In this document: positions 51,194 through 60,364 of the stretch, in pieces
Position numbering within the stretch: position 1 is the first letter of the stretch
Layout: each line of letters begins with the position of its first letter
NCBI GenBank assembly: GCA_041389085.1
Contig: JAWKSL010000002.1
Location: forward strand, 14,556 to 78,555
Length of the DNA stretch: 64,000 nucleotides
Direction: 5' to 3'
DNA from: Minisyncoccota bacterium
Lineage (GTDB): Bacteria > Patescibacteriota > Minisyncoccia > UBA6257 > 1-14-0-10-44-23
Notes under the pieces: model-generated
Database searches by the model: none
Seen by the model: only the letters and a program-made list of their open reading frames with translations
What the model was told of the DNA's origin: nothing
Translations under genes and position numbers: made by a program

Positions 51194-51506
51194 TGAACGG
51201 TATGTTCTTTGAAATCAATTGTGTAGAAGTGGTTATTGCTTCGGAGATATAGATAGCTTAGCTTTAAGCTATTTGACGCCTCCTAGATTTGGGAGGGGAT
51301 TTCGCTCCTGGCATCCTTACTAGAGTCTCTCTAGAGTAGTAAGAGATGTCGAAGAGGGGCGATTTTAGGCAACAGAAGCATTTAAAAAAAATGATTGTTT
51401 GTCGGGACTACCCATAACTGCGGTTATTGGTACTACCGGAAGGTTGATCGAACTAATAACCGCGCGAATGGGTGTGTCCAAATATTATTATAAATATAAC
51501 CGTTCA
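51194..51506 (+). ncRNA. retron-like (msr/msd-type) ncRNA
   Basis: terminal IR tgaacggt-atgtt / aatat-a-accgttca; hairpins 51253-51272, 51279-51296, 51302-51362 and 51405-51479. Confidence 0.75.
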
Positions 51507-51524
51507 CCTTAATATAGAACTATC

Positions 51525-51671
51525 ATGAAACACCTGATTAAAAGAACTGCACAACTGTACCTTCCGTATGACGGGGCGGCTGAATTAAAGCATGAAATTT
51601 TTCAGGGCTTTGTGAATACTACTTCAAGTAGTACGTATCCTGCGAGATTTGCTTTGCTAGCCGCCTCGTAG
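51525..51671 (+). CDS. 48-aa small protein between the ncRNA and the HTH gene (not in the ORF track)
   Basis: MKHLIKRTAQLYLPYDGAAELKHEIFQGFVNTTSSSTYPARFALLAAS; fills the gap; 14 nt before the HTH ATG. Confidence 0.55.
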   Translation: MKHLIKRTAQLYLPYDGAAELKHEIFQGFVNTTSSSTYPARFALLAAS

Positions 51672-51685
51672 TTGTTTTTTATATT

Positions 51686-52012
51686 ATGTATTCTTTCCCA
51701 GAGTTGATTAAGAGAATTAGAAATGAGGCCAACCTTACACAGGTTGAATTTGCGAAGGCTCTAAATGTCTCAACTATCCTTGTTTCAATGGTCGAGACTG
51801 GCCAAAAGGAGGTTTCAAAGAAATTTCTTCTTCGACTTGCTGAGAGTTTAAATGTTCATCCGTCGTCTATTACCCCTTTTCTTTTTACTGAAGAAGGTGC
51901 TTCTATTGACCAACTTTCTACTATAGAAAGAAAATTTGTTGTGTGGGGTGAGAGAATGCAGGATTATTTAATACGAGATCGAGCACATCTTTTGCGCCAG
52001 TATGCGAATTAG
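51686..52012 (+). CDS. XRE/Cro-C1 helix-turn-helix protein
   Basis: IKRIRNEANLTQVEFAKALNVSTILVSMVETG; overlaps the RT start by 11 nt. Confidence 0.92.
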   Translation: MYSFPELIKRIRNEANLTQVEFAKALNVSTILVSMVETGQKEVSKKFLLRLAESLNVHPSSITPFLFTEEGASIDQLSTIERKFVVWGERMQDYLIRDRAHLLRQYAN

Positions 52013-53003
52013 ACGGTACCCTAAGCTGGGGATAAGAAGCAAAAATGAGCTCGCAAAGCGCTTAAGTCACAAAAATTTTTCTACAAAAAATTCTCTTGCC
52101 CTTGTGAATGACGTTATTTCTAATTTCGATTTTTATTGGCATGACAATAAAAAGGAGTCAAATCCTCAAAAAAAGAAATATGTGCGCAGTGCAAAGTATA
52201 GCCCACTAGGAAAATTACTTACTAAAATTAACTCTAGAATTCTTGCTCCTTACGACAAGCTATTGCCAGGATTTATCTTTGGAGGCGTTCAGGGATTAAA
52301 CCATAAAGCGGCAGTGGCTTATCTCCTTGGGCAAAAAAGAAAGCGAGTTCTTTTGAAGGTGGATATCTCTAGGTTTTTTGAACAGATTAAAGATGAGAGG
52401 GTTTTCGATTTTTTTAAGCATAAGTGTGAATGTGGGGTGAGAGGGGCCAAGCTTTTAGCTAGTTTGTGTACCGTTCCCATTGGTCCTAAAAACTTTCCTA
52501 CGTCACATATCAGGACTATTGCTCGTGGCTTTGCTACGTCTCCTCGTCTCGCAATCTGGTGCAATTTAGACACTTTTATTAAACTTGACCGTCTTATTCG
52601 CACTGAATTGCGTGGTAAGGATCCGAGAATTGCAATTTATGTTGATGATATAGGCGTGACTGCAAGCAGAGTTTCAGTTGAGCAAATGGCTCTTCTTTAC
52701 AAAAAAATCGAAAAATTACTCCAGGAGGATAGAAATCAGGGCCTGCCACTTAATGCAGAGAAAACAAGAATAATAGAGCATACTGGGAAAACTTTTGACG
52801 GAAATGGTGTATTAATAACTAGTGAGTGGGGCTATGAGCACTTAGGGGCGCAAATGAAAAGAAATTCCTTAACGATTGGGAAAAAGACAAAAGCAAAATT
52901 AATTGATGTGACACAGAAGTGGGAGCGTGGTGAAGGTGGTATGCTGGTTAAGCTTCGTCGCAAAGCTTTATTGCGTCATAAGAGGTACATGGAGTCGGCT
53001 TAA
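52002..53003 (+). CDS. reverse transcriptase, retron-like, 333 aa
   Basis: LKVDISRFFEQI, ARGFATSPRLA, IYVDDI, LNAEKT; no maturase or fused domain. Confidence 0.9.
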   Translation: MRIRRYPKLGIRSKNELAKRLSHKNFSTKNSLALVNDVISNFDFYWHDNKKESNPQKKKYVRSAKYSPLGKLLTKINSRILAPYDKLLPGFIFGGVQGLNHKAAVAYLLGQKRKRVLLKVDISRFFEQIKDERVFDFFKHKCECGVRGAKLLASLCTVPIGPKNFPTSHIRTIARGFATSPRLAIWCNLDTFIKLDRLIRTELRGKDPRIAIYVDDIGVTASRVSVEQMALLYKKIEKLLQEDRNQGLPLNAEKTRIIEHTGKTFDGNGVLITSEWGYEHLGAQMKRNSLTIGKKTKAKLIDVTQKWERGEGGMLVKLRRKALLRHKRYMESA

Positions 53004-53009
53004 TCAATA

Positions 53010-53061
53010 CAAAAAAGGCCCTTGCGGGCCTTTTTAGTTTTCTTAGAGGTACTCGTTGATG
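53010..53061. repeat. terminator plus gene-3'-end direct repeat, three copies (53010, 54474, 55926)
   Basis: caaaaaaggcccttgcgggcctttttagttttcttaga followed by ttagaggtactcgttgatg. Confidence 0.9.
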
Positions 53062-53162
53062 GGACTTTGATTTTATTGTCAGTTTTAATAGCTGTGGTAG
53101 GATCTTTTTAGTTCATTTCACCCCGAAATTAGTTTCGGGTCAAACCACGAAAGTGAGGCACT

Positions 53163-54417
53163 ATGCGTACTGCACTTGCAGCTTTCCTTGTAGTTCTGTG
53201 TAGCCTTTGGGCTGCCGCAGCGGCTGTTGCCGATCCGGTGACGGTGCGTGTGAAGAGCAACGATGGCTCCTACTCATACGTGACGCGAGACCTTCCAGCT
53301 TCGAGCTGTGAGGTTTGGACCATCGATTTTCGGCGCGATGACGGAACGATTTGGGGCAGTGAATCTGCCCGGCCCGATCGCGCTGGCGTCGAAGATCGGG
53401 CAGCGAAGTACAACAACTTCCTGAGTTGGATCGGACAATCTCGGGAAGTCGAAGTCGAAGGAGCACTACAACAACCCCTCTCCTGCGTACTGTTCGGTTT
53501 TCAGTAGTGATACTGCAATGCTGGACAAGTTGCGTGGAGACGGGGAGGTGAATTTTCCATTCAAGACGTTGGCAAAAGCTCAGAATGAGGTCTTGGAAAG
53601 GATCCGAAACTATGTGGCAGGGGCAAGGACCTACTACGAGCAGTTCAAAGCTGCTCCCGGGCGGTCTTTCATGGAGTACGGGCGAGTCTTGGCTGACGGA
53701 ATGGCTAAGACGCAGAAGATTGAGCAGGAGCTGCTCACGCCCGCTCTGAGGTTGCCATTTGAGGTGATGAATCCCGATGGTTTTGCTCCTTTCCTAACTG
53801 GCATCGACGAGGAGGGTGTCACTTGGATGCGCTCTTGGGCTCGCGCAGTGCGAGCTGAGGAGCCGAGAATTCAGCAAGGGATTCGGACTATTCAGCAAGT
53901 GATGCGCGATAATCAAAAAGATGCACGCGAGAACTCTCGTGAGTATGACGCTGCAGTTGCTAGGATTGAGCGTCTTCGGCGCGACATCCGCAACGCCCGT
54001 GATCCTCGTATGATCGACATCCTTGAGAGGGATTTGGCGCGAGCCGAAGAGAAGCGTGACTACGCCATGGAAAGGCAATGGAGTTTTGATGAGCAGAGGG
54101 AGGCAAATGAAGAGCGAATCCGCAATCTGCGTGAGCGTGAGCTCGAGGTTCCCGAGAAGCTTTCGTTCATTCTTCAATTTTCCTACAGCTGTGGTTGCGC
54201 ACTGGAAGTGAGCGAGGTGTTTGAAGATGGCGATAGGGAGGGGGATGGTGTGGAGCGACTTAGCGATCGTTGCTCTGTATGTGGCGGTAGCGGTAAGGTT
54301 GATGTCATGGAGAACGGTGAGCTTTGGCGAGACTACATCAAGCGAATCCCAATCTCCGCGCGACCTCCGGCGCGGCGGATTACCTGCCCTGAGTGCGGTG
54401 GCACTGGCAAGCGGTGA
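53163..54417 (+). CDS. secreted coiled-coil protein with two CxxCxGxG motifs, copy 1 (1-nt frameshift near 53433)
   Basis: colinear with 54628..55869; the shifted frame restores HYNNPSPAYCSVFSSDT. Confidence 0.8.
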
Positions 54418-54627
54418 CCCACCTTGTGAGGCCTGGCGTTCTACGGAACGCCAGGCCTTTCGTTTTTTAATATCAAAAAAGGCCCTTGCGGGCCTTTTTA
54501 GTTTTCTTAGAGGTACTCGTTGATGGGACTTTGATTTTATTGTCAGTTTTAATAGCTGTGGTAGGATCTTTTTAGTTCATTTCACCCCGAAATTAGTTTC
54601 GGGTCAAACCACGAAAGTGAGGGCACT

Positions 54628-55869
54628 ATGCGTACTGCACTTGCAGCTTTCCTTGTAGTTCTGTGTAGCCTTTGGGCTGCCGCAGCGGCTGTTGCCGATC
54701 CGGTGACGGTGCGTGTGAAGAGCAACGATGGCTCCTACTCATACGTGACGCGAGACCTCCCGGTCTCAAGCTGTGTTCTCTGGACTGTCGACTTCCGTCG
54801 AGATGATGGAACAGTTTGGGGTAGCGAGTCTGACTCTGACAAGGCTAGGGTTGAAAAGAGGGCGGCAGCATCTCGCGCGTTTGTTAGTTTGATAGACGCT
54901 CTTGCGAAGTCTTCTTCACAAGAACACTATAACAACCCCTCTCCTATGTATTGCTCGGTTTTTAGTAGTGATACTAAGATCTTGGGTAAATTGGGTGGAG
55001 ATGGTGAGGGAAATTTTCCATTCAAGGTCTTTAGCAATGCCCGGGCCGATGTTCGTTCAAGAATTGTAAATTTTTCAACTGGCGTGCGAACTTACTACGA
55101 ACAGTTCAAGTCTGCTCCCGGGCGGTCTTTCATGGAGTATGGGCGCGCCTTGGTTGATGGAATGGCAAAGGTGCAGAAAATTGAGCAACAAATGCTGTCC
55201 CCATCTCTCAGCTTGCCGTTTGAGCTTACGAGCTCGAATGGCTTTGAGCCGTTCTTTATTGGACTCGACCGTGAGGGTACTGCGCGGATGCGTTCTTGGG
55301 CTCGTTCTATCCAAGGAGAGGAGGCGATCATCCAAAAGGAGATTGAGACTGTCCGGTGGGCAATGCGTGAAAACAAAAAGCTCGCCGGCCTCTACTCACG
55401 TGAGCATGATGTTGCGGTTGCGAAGATTGAGCGCCTTAGGCGCAGGCTGCGCTCGGAGCGCGATCCTGAAAGGATTGATGCTTTGAAGCAGGATTTAGAT
55501 CTCGCAATTGAAAAGCGTGATCGCGCTCTTGAGCGGCGCTGGGAGTTTGAACAGATTGAAGATGACGATGAGGAGAAGCTTTTCGATCTCCGTGCGCGCG
55601 AAGGTAAAATTCCTGATAGGCTTTCATTTGTTTCTAGTTTTGCTCGTAGCTGCGGCTTCGAGTTAGATGCTGAGACGGTCTTTGGTAGTCCCGACCCAGG
55701 TCAAGAAGCGAGCGGGGATAGTTGTCCTACCTGCAAAGGCACTGGACGAATTCATCCTCAACGTCGTTCTTCTTCGGACGATGCTCCTCCTGGCTCTAGT
55801 ACAGCCAGTCCTGCACTTTCGGAGTCTGGAGAAACTTGCCCCACATGCGGTGGCACTGGCAAGCGGTGA
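54628..55869 (+). CDS. secreted coiled-coil protein with two CxxCxGxG motifs, copy 2
   Basis: signal peptide; CPTCKGTG and CPTCGGTG. Confidence 0.85.
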   Translation: MRTALAAFLVVLCSLWAAAAAVADPVTVRVKSNDGSYSYVTRDLPVSSCVLWTVDFRRDDGTVWGSESDSDKARVEKRAAASRAFVSLIDALAKSSSQEHYNNPSPMYCSVFSSDTKILGKLGGDGEGNFPFKVFSNARADVRSRIVNFSTGVRTYYEQFKSAPGRSFMEYGRALVDGMAKVQKIEQQMLSPSLSLPFELTSSNGFEPFFIGLDREGTARMRSWARSIQGEEAIIQKEIETVRWAMRENKKLAGLYSREHDVAVAKIERLRRRLRSERDPERIDALKQDLDLAIEKRDRALERRWEFEQIEDDDEEKLFDLRAREGKIPDRLSFVSSFARSCGFELDAETVFGSPDPGQEASGDSCPTCKGTGRIHPQRRSSSDDAPPGSSTASPALSESGETCPTCGGTGKR

Positions 55870-55966
55870 CCCACCTTGTGAGGCCTGGCGTTCTACGGAA
55901 CGCCAGGCCTTTCGTTTTTTAATATCAAAAAAGGCCCTTGCGGGCCTTTTTAGTTTTCTTAGATTC

Positions 55967-56782
55967 TTAGAGGTACTCGTTGATGAGTTCTTCTATTGCT
56001 TCATTGAGGTAGTCGATTACGTCTTCTACTTCGTTGAAAGCTTGTGAGTAGTCGTTGTCGTCGAGCTCGTCCTCAGCATCGTCGAGTGCATCTTCTGCAT
56101 CTTCAAGTGAGTCTTCTGCATCGCGTACGTCTAGTCCGTAGTTGTCTGCATCATTTATCGCATCGTCTACGAAGTCGAGCATTTCTTCTGCAAAGTCGAT
56201 AGCGTCTTCAACAGCTGCTTCGTTTTTGCTGGTGCGTCCCTCTGTGTCTTCGATGTAGTCTTGAGTTAGCTCAGCTGCATCGCGAGCAAAGGTTGCTACA
56301 ACTTCTGCTTGGTAGTAGTCAGCGTCTCTGCGAGCGTCGTCTGCTTCATCTACCCAGTCCTGCGCGAAGTCCATTTGGTCTTCTGCAAGGTTGATCGCGT
56401 CGTTGAAGGTGTTCTCATCGTCTGCATCGTCTATCGCGTCTTCAAGGTCGTCGATAGCGTCTTCTGCATCTTCGATTGCATCTTCAGCAACTGCGTTGCT
56501 TGAGTTGTTGTATCCTGGCCCTACTGGAGTTACTACTGGTGGGTAGTAAGTAGGGTAGGTAGGATAGGTTGGATAATAGTTTTGGCTTTGAAGCGCTTGA
56601 ATTTGCGCCAAAAGCTGGTTGATCAACGCTTGAAGCTGTTGGATCTGCTCCTGCTCGTTTGAGTAGGTGTTGTAGGTAGGTGGGTATGCAACTATTGAAA
56701 GGGCTTGAGCTTTCCCTGCTGGAAGAGCAATAGAAAGAGCTGCCACTACCATCGCTGCAAACACTGATACTTTCTTAAACAT
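55967..56782 (-). CDS. secreted acidic helical-repeat protein
   Basis: signal peptide from MFKKVSV; YPT repeats; AEDA/IDDA repeats; start re-called to 56782. Confidence 0.8.
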   Translation of the reverse strand: MFKKVSVFAAMVVAALSIALPAGKAQALSIVAYPPTYNTYSNEQEQIQQLQALINQLLAQIQALQSQNYYPTYPTYPTYYPPVVTPVGPGYNNSSNAVAEDAIEDAEDAIDDLEDAIDDADDENTFNDAINLAEDQMDFAQDWVDEADDARRDADYYQAEVVATFARDAAELTQDYIEDTEGRTSKNEAAVEDAIDFAEEMLDFVDDAINDADNYGLDVRDAEDSLEDAEDALDDAEDELDDNDYSQAFNEVEDVIDYLNEAIEELINEYL

Positions 56783-56855
56783 TTTTATAAAATTAGTACT
56801 AATTTGTATTGGCCCCGATAATAACAGATATGCCCTCTTTTGGCAAGAAAAGGGC

Positions 56856-57863
56856 CTAATTTTGAGCAAAGTGTGGATTTACCATCTCAAACCTATTGTC
56901 GAGGCTAAATCGGCCGCCACGGGTGATAAATAGGGCTGAGAGCACGCCAAAGAGGGTAACGTGGCTGCTGACTTCTTCCCCAAAGTAGAAGAATGAGAGG
57001 GTAAGAACTATAAAGGTAACAGCGGTGACAAGCCGGGTGCGAAGCCCAAGGATAAGTGCTGTGCCAAGAACTACTTCGATAATGCCGGTAGCGAAGACCC
57101 ACATGTGTACGTCTACTGGAACTACATTCATAAGGCCGAAGTTTTTGATTACCATTTCGGTAACGTGTGGGTTGAGCATCTTTTCATAGATACCAAGAAA
57201 GACCATTGCTCCTCCAATGCCGACACGAAGAATAAGTGGGATGATTGAGCGGAAGCGCTGGAGGGCGGTAGTGATGTTTGGAATGTTGAGCAAGTCATCT
57301 ACGCCTGGTCGCTTGTGGTTGAGGAAAAGTAGTGCAACTGCCGCTGCGAGAACCTCAAAATTTCCAATTGCGTAGAAGTCTTTGGTGAGGGCAAATACGT
57401 AGAGCAAGATCGTGATTAAAATGACTGGTGCTATAAGTAGTCCGGCAAGCATAAAGAAGCCAAGAAGAATTTGGATAAGACCTAAGTACGTGTAGCCAGG
57501 AAAGGCAGGAGAAATAAGCCAGCCTCCGGTGCCTGCGCCGATAAGGGCGATACCAAGAGAGAGGCGCAAAATCCAGGGAATAAACTCTACGTAGTTGTCT
57601 GCTTTCTCACGGATAGTGGAAATTTCTTGCTTACAGAAGGGGATAACTTGCGCGATGATGAACAGGAGCGCTGCGACTGCTACCGTAGAGAGGATAAGCA
57701 CCATGTTGTGCGGCGAGTTGAACACTTCCATGAGAAACTGCTTGTCGCCTCCGAGCTGGCCGGTAAAATCGTTTTCTTCTACGAGGTAGCGGATGTGGGC
57801 AAAGGCCTTGAGGGGTAAAAATGCCGTAAAAATAGAGAGGAGTGTAAGGAACTTTTTGCGCAT
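56856..57863 (-). CDS. DoxX-family membrane protein (two repeats)
   Basis: PWILRLSLG and PLILRVGIG; GRFSLD. Confidence 0.8.
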   Translation of the reverse strand: MRKKFLTLLSIFTAFLPLKAFAHIRYLVEENDFTGQLGGDKQFLMEVFNSPHNMVLILSTVAVAALLFIIAQVIPFCKQEISTIREKADNYVEFIPWILRLSLGIALIGAGTGGWLISPAFPGYTYLGLIQILLGFFMLAGLLIAPVILITILLYVFALTKDFYAIGNFEVLAAAVALLFLNHKRPGVDDLLNIPNITTALQRFRSIIPLILRVGIGGAMVFLGIYEKMLNPHVTEMVIKNFGLMNVVPVDVHMWVFATGIIEVVLGTALILGLRTRLVTAVTFIVLTLSFFYFGEEVSSHVTLFGVLSALFITRGGRFSLDNRFEMVNPHFAQN

Positions 57864-57904
57864 ATAGTTTTTGTTTTTGGATTTGCTATTATTATCTCAC
57901 CTAT

Positions 57905-59164
57905 ATGGCAAAAAATACACCGTTTGAGAACTATCTTAAAAACTTAAAAAAAGCAGGAGCGCTTCTTTCTCTGACAGATGGGCAGTTTAAGGCGTTTCAG
58001 GAGAGCGAAAACATTTTTGAAAAAGAAATTGAGTTTGAGCTCGACAGTGGTGAGAAGAAAAAAGTGAATGCATACCGCGTACAACACAATAGTGCACGTG
58101 GTCCGTACAAAGGTGGAATTCGTTTTCACCAAGATGCGAATTTGGATGAAGTAAAAAGCCTTGCAAGTCTTATGAGTTTGAAGTGCGATGTTGTAGACAT
58201 TACACTTGGAGGTGGAAAGGGTGGTGTAGAAATTGACCCGAAAGGATTGAGTGCTTCTGAAATAGAGCGACTTTCACGCGCGTACTTTAGAGCAGGTGCA
58301 GAGGCGGGAATATTTGGCGTAGACAGAGACATTCCAGCTCCAGACGTAAACACGACGCCGCAGATAATGGGGTACATGCTCGATGAGTATGAAAAAGTCA
58401 TTGGTAAGAAAGAGCCAGGGGTAATAACGGGAAAGCCGCTTGAAATTGGTGGAAGTCGCGGACGCAGCTACTCTACCAGCCAGGGAGGATTTTATGTATT
58501 TGAATACTTAGCCAAGGAATACTTCGCCGGGAAAGTGCCTGCGGACATAACTGTTGCTATACAAGGATTTGGAAACGCAGGAGCAGAGTTTGCTCGTGTG
58601 CTTCACAGCCACGGCTACCGCGTAGTCGCTGTATCTGACTCTCGTGGTGGAGCGCACTGTGAAAACATGTGCGACATTTCTGCGCTTGAAAACACGAAGC
58701 GTGAAAAGGGCTCAGTAGCAGTAGAGAGTGCAGGAATTAGTATTATTACAAACGAGGAACTCCTTGCACTTGAAGTTGACGTGCTTGTACTCGCTGCTTT
58801 AGATGGTGTGGTACACGCTGACAATGCAGGTGCGGTACGCGCGAAAATGATACTTGAACTTGCGAATGGTCCGGTAACTGTGGAAGCTGACGACATTCTT
58901 CAGAAGAAGGGGATTGTGGTTGTGCCTGACATATTGGCAAACGCTGGGGGAGTAAGTGTGTCTTACTTTGAGTGGGTGCAAAACCGCAGTGGCGACCAGT
59001 GGGAAGAAGACTACGTAAACAACCGTTTGCAGAAGATGATGGAGAAGAGCGCTCAGGACGTTGTTGACTTAGCAAAGAAACACGCAAGCTCACTTCGAAT
59101 GGGTGCATTTGTTTTGGGAATGAGCAGAATAATGCGAGCGATGGAGCTTCGCGGAAGGAAATAG
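57905..59164 (+). CDS. gdhA: Glu/Leu/Phe/Val dehydrogenase
   Basis: RGPYKGGIRF, GGGKGG, PAPDVNT, QGFGNAG, NAGGVSVSYFEW. Confidence 0.93.
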   Translation: MAKNTPFENYLKNLKKAGALLSLTDGQFKAFQESENIFEKEIEFELDSGEKKKVNAYRVQHNSARGPYKGGIRFHQDANLDEVKSLASLMSLKCDVVDITLGGGKGGVEIDPKGLSASEIERLSRAYFRAGAEAGIFGVDRDIPAPDVNTTPQIMGYMLDEYEKVIGKKEPGVITGKPLEIGGSRGRSYSTSQGGFYVFEYLAKEYFAGKVPADITVAIQGFGNAGAEFARVLHSHGYRVVAVSDSRGGAHCENMCDISALENTKREKGSVAVESAGISIITNEELLALEVDVLVLAALDGVVHADNAGAVRAKMILELANGPVTVEADDILQKKGIVVVPDILANAGGVSVSYFEWVQNRSGDQWEEDYVNNRLQKMMEKSAQDVVDLAKKHASSLRMGAFVLGMSRIMRAMELRGRK

Positions 59165-59168
59165 TTTC

Positions 59169-60032
59169 GTGAAAATTTCTGAAAAATCCTTAGGAATTGT
59201 CGCTGGAGGTGGCGGAATGCGCTGCGCTTATAGTGCGGGTGTGCTTTACGCCTTAGCAAAGGAGCTTGAGCTTAAGGCGCCAAAATACCTGGTTGGAAGT
59301 AGCGGTACTGCAGCTACGGCTTTAATGTATGCGCTCAAGGAATATGAGCTTTTGAAGAGAGTGTGGATAAAAGACCTTTCTCTAGAAGAGCACCGCAGAC
59401 TTATTGCACGCTGGCGACTTTTAAAAATATTTGATGTGGACTATTTGGTAGATGAAATCATTAAGCCTTACGAGCGGCCAGCTCACGACAAAATTTTGCG
59501 TGAGAGCAGGACCAATCTTTTTCTCGCTGCTACCGGTGCGGACAATGGGCGTGTAGACTTTTTTGACGTACGAAAAGAGAAAAAGCACGCGGTGTATGAG
59601 ATACTTCGTGCCTCGAAAGCTATACCAGTAGCGTTTCGGCGCAAGGTCATGCTTGCTGGGCGGCGCTATGTAGACGGGGCTATTGGCGCACCGCTTGTAG
59701 ACAGTGTGCGTTTTCTTGAAGAGAAGGGGGCAAAGAACGTTTTAGTGATCAAAAATGAGTACGGTATACCGTTTACCAACAAAGTGATGTTTTGGATTTA
59801 CTCATGGCTCGTAAACAAGCGACTCGGGAAATCTATACGCCGCTACGTGCGACAAAATGATAGAGACATCCTTGCTCTTGAGGGAGTAAACGTTTTTATT
59901 CTTGAGCCAAGCCGTCGACTTAAGGCGAGCTCGCTCAGTTTGAAGCGAGAGAAGCTTGAAGACGCCTTTAACTTGGGAGTTTCAGACGTGAAAACGAGCG
60001 GGAGTTTGCACTCGTTTCTCGCGCATTTGTAG
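59169..60032 (+). CDS. patatin-like phospholipase
   Basis: GGGGMRCAYSAG, GSSG, DGA. Confidence 0.88.
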   Translation: MKISEKSLGIVAGGGGMRCAYSAGVLYALAKELELKAPKYLVGSSGTAATALMYALKEYELLKRVWIKDLSLEEHRRLIARWRLLKIFDVDYLVDEIIKPYERPAHDKILRESRTNLFLAATGADNGRVDFFDVRKEKKHAVYEILRASKAIPVAFRRKVMLAGRRYVDGAIGAPLVDSVRFLEEKGAKNVLVIKNEYGIPFTNKVMFWIYSWLVNKRLGKSIRRYVRQNDRDILALEGVNVFILEPSRRLKASSLSLKREKLEDAFNLGVSDVKTSGSLHSFLAHL

Positions 60033-60034
60033 TT

Positions 60035-60148
60035 GTGCCGGAGGTGGGACCCCGATGCTTCGAGCGGGGCATGCTTGAACTCTCACGCCGTTAGGCACAG
60101 GATTTTGCCCCGATGGGAATTTAAAAATTCCAACGGGGTAAAAATCCT
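60035..60148 (-). pseudogene. relic tRNA-Leu 3' half carrying two CCCCG...CGGGG insertions
   Basis: 16-bp identity to the tRNA 3' end; inserts at 60051-60073 (T-loop) and 60108-60140 (anticodon loop). Confidence 0.75.
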
Positions 60149-60153
60149 AACTT

Positions 60154-60238
60154 TGGTGCCGGAGGTGGGACTTGAACCCACACACCTTGCGGTACGGGGT
60201 TTTGAATCCCGCGCGTCTACCAGTTCCGCCACTCCGGC
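60154..60238 (-). tRNA. tRNA-Leu(CAA)
   Basis: acceptor gccggag/ctccggc; loop ttcaaaa; encoded CCA. Confidence 0.93.
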
Positions 60239-60364
60239 ATATGCCTTGGATCTCGTGGTCGCCATAGGCGACTAAATCTACCAGTTTCCGCCACTTTACT
60301 CGCCTCTGGCAGTCCGGCATGTTTACTTATACATTTAAGGTCAGATGTCTGCTAAAATCAAGGT

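Noticed and set aside
52002-53003. Group II intron RT
   Set aside because: Too short, no maturase/X domain, and no domain V/VI after the stop; a terminator follows instead.
52002-55869. RT as part of a diversity-generating retroelement acting on the neighbouring paralogs
   Set aside because: No Avd-like gene and no DGR-type GNxxSQ motif; differences between the paralogs are not adenine-specific and span the whole middle.
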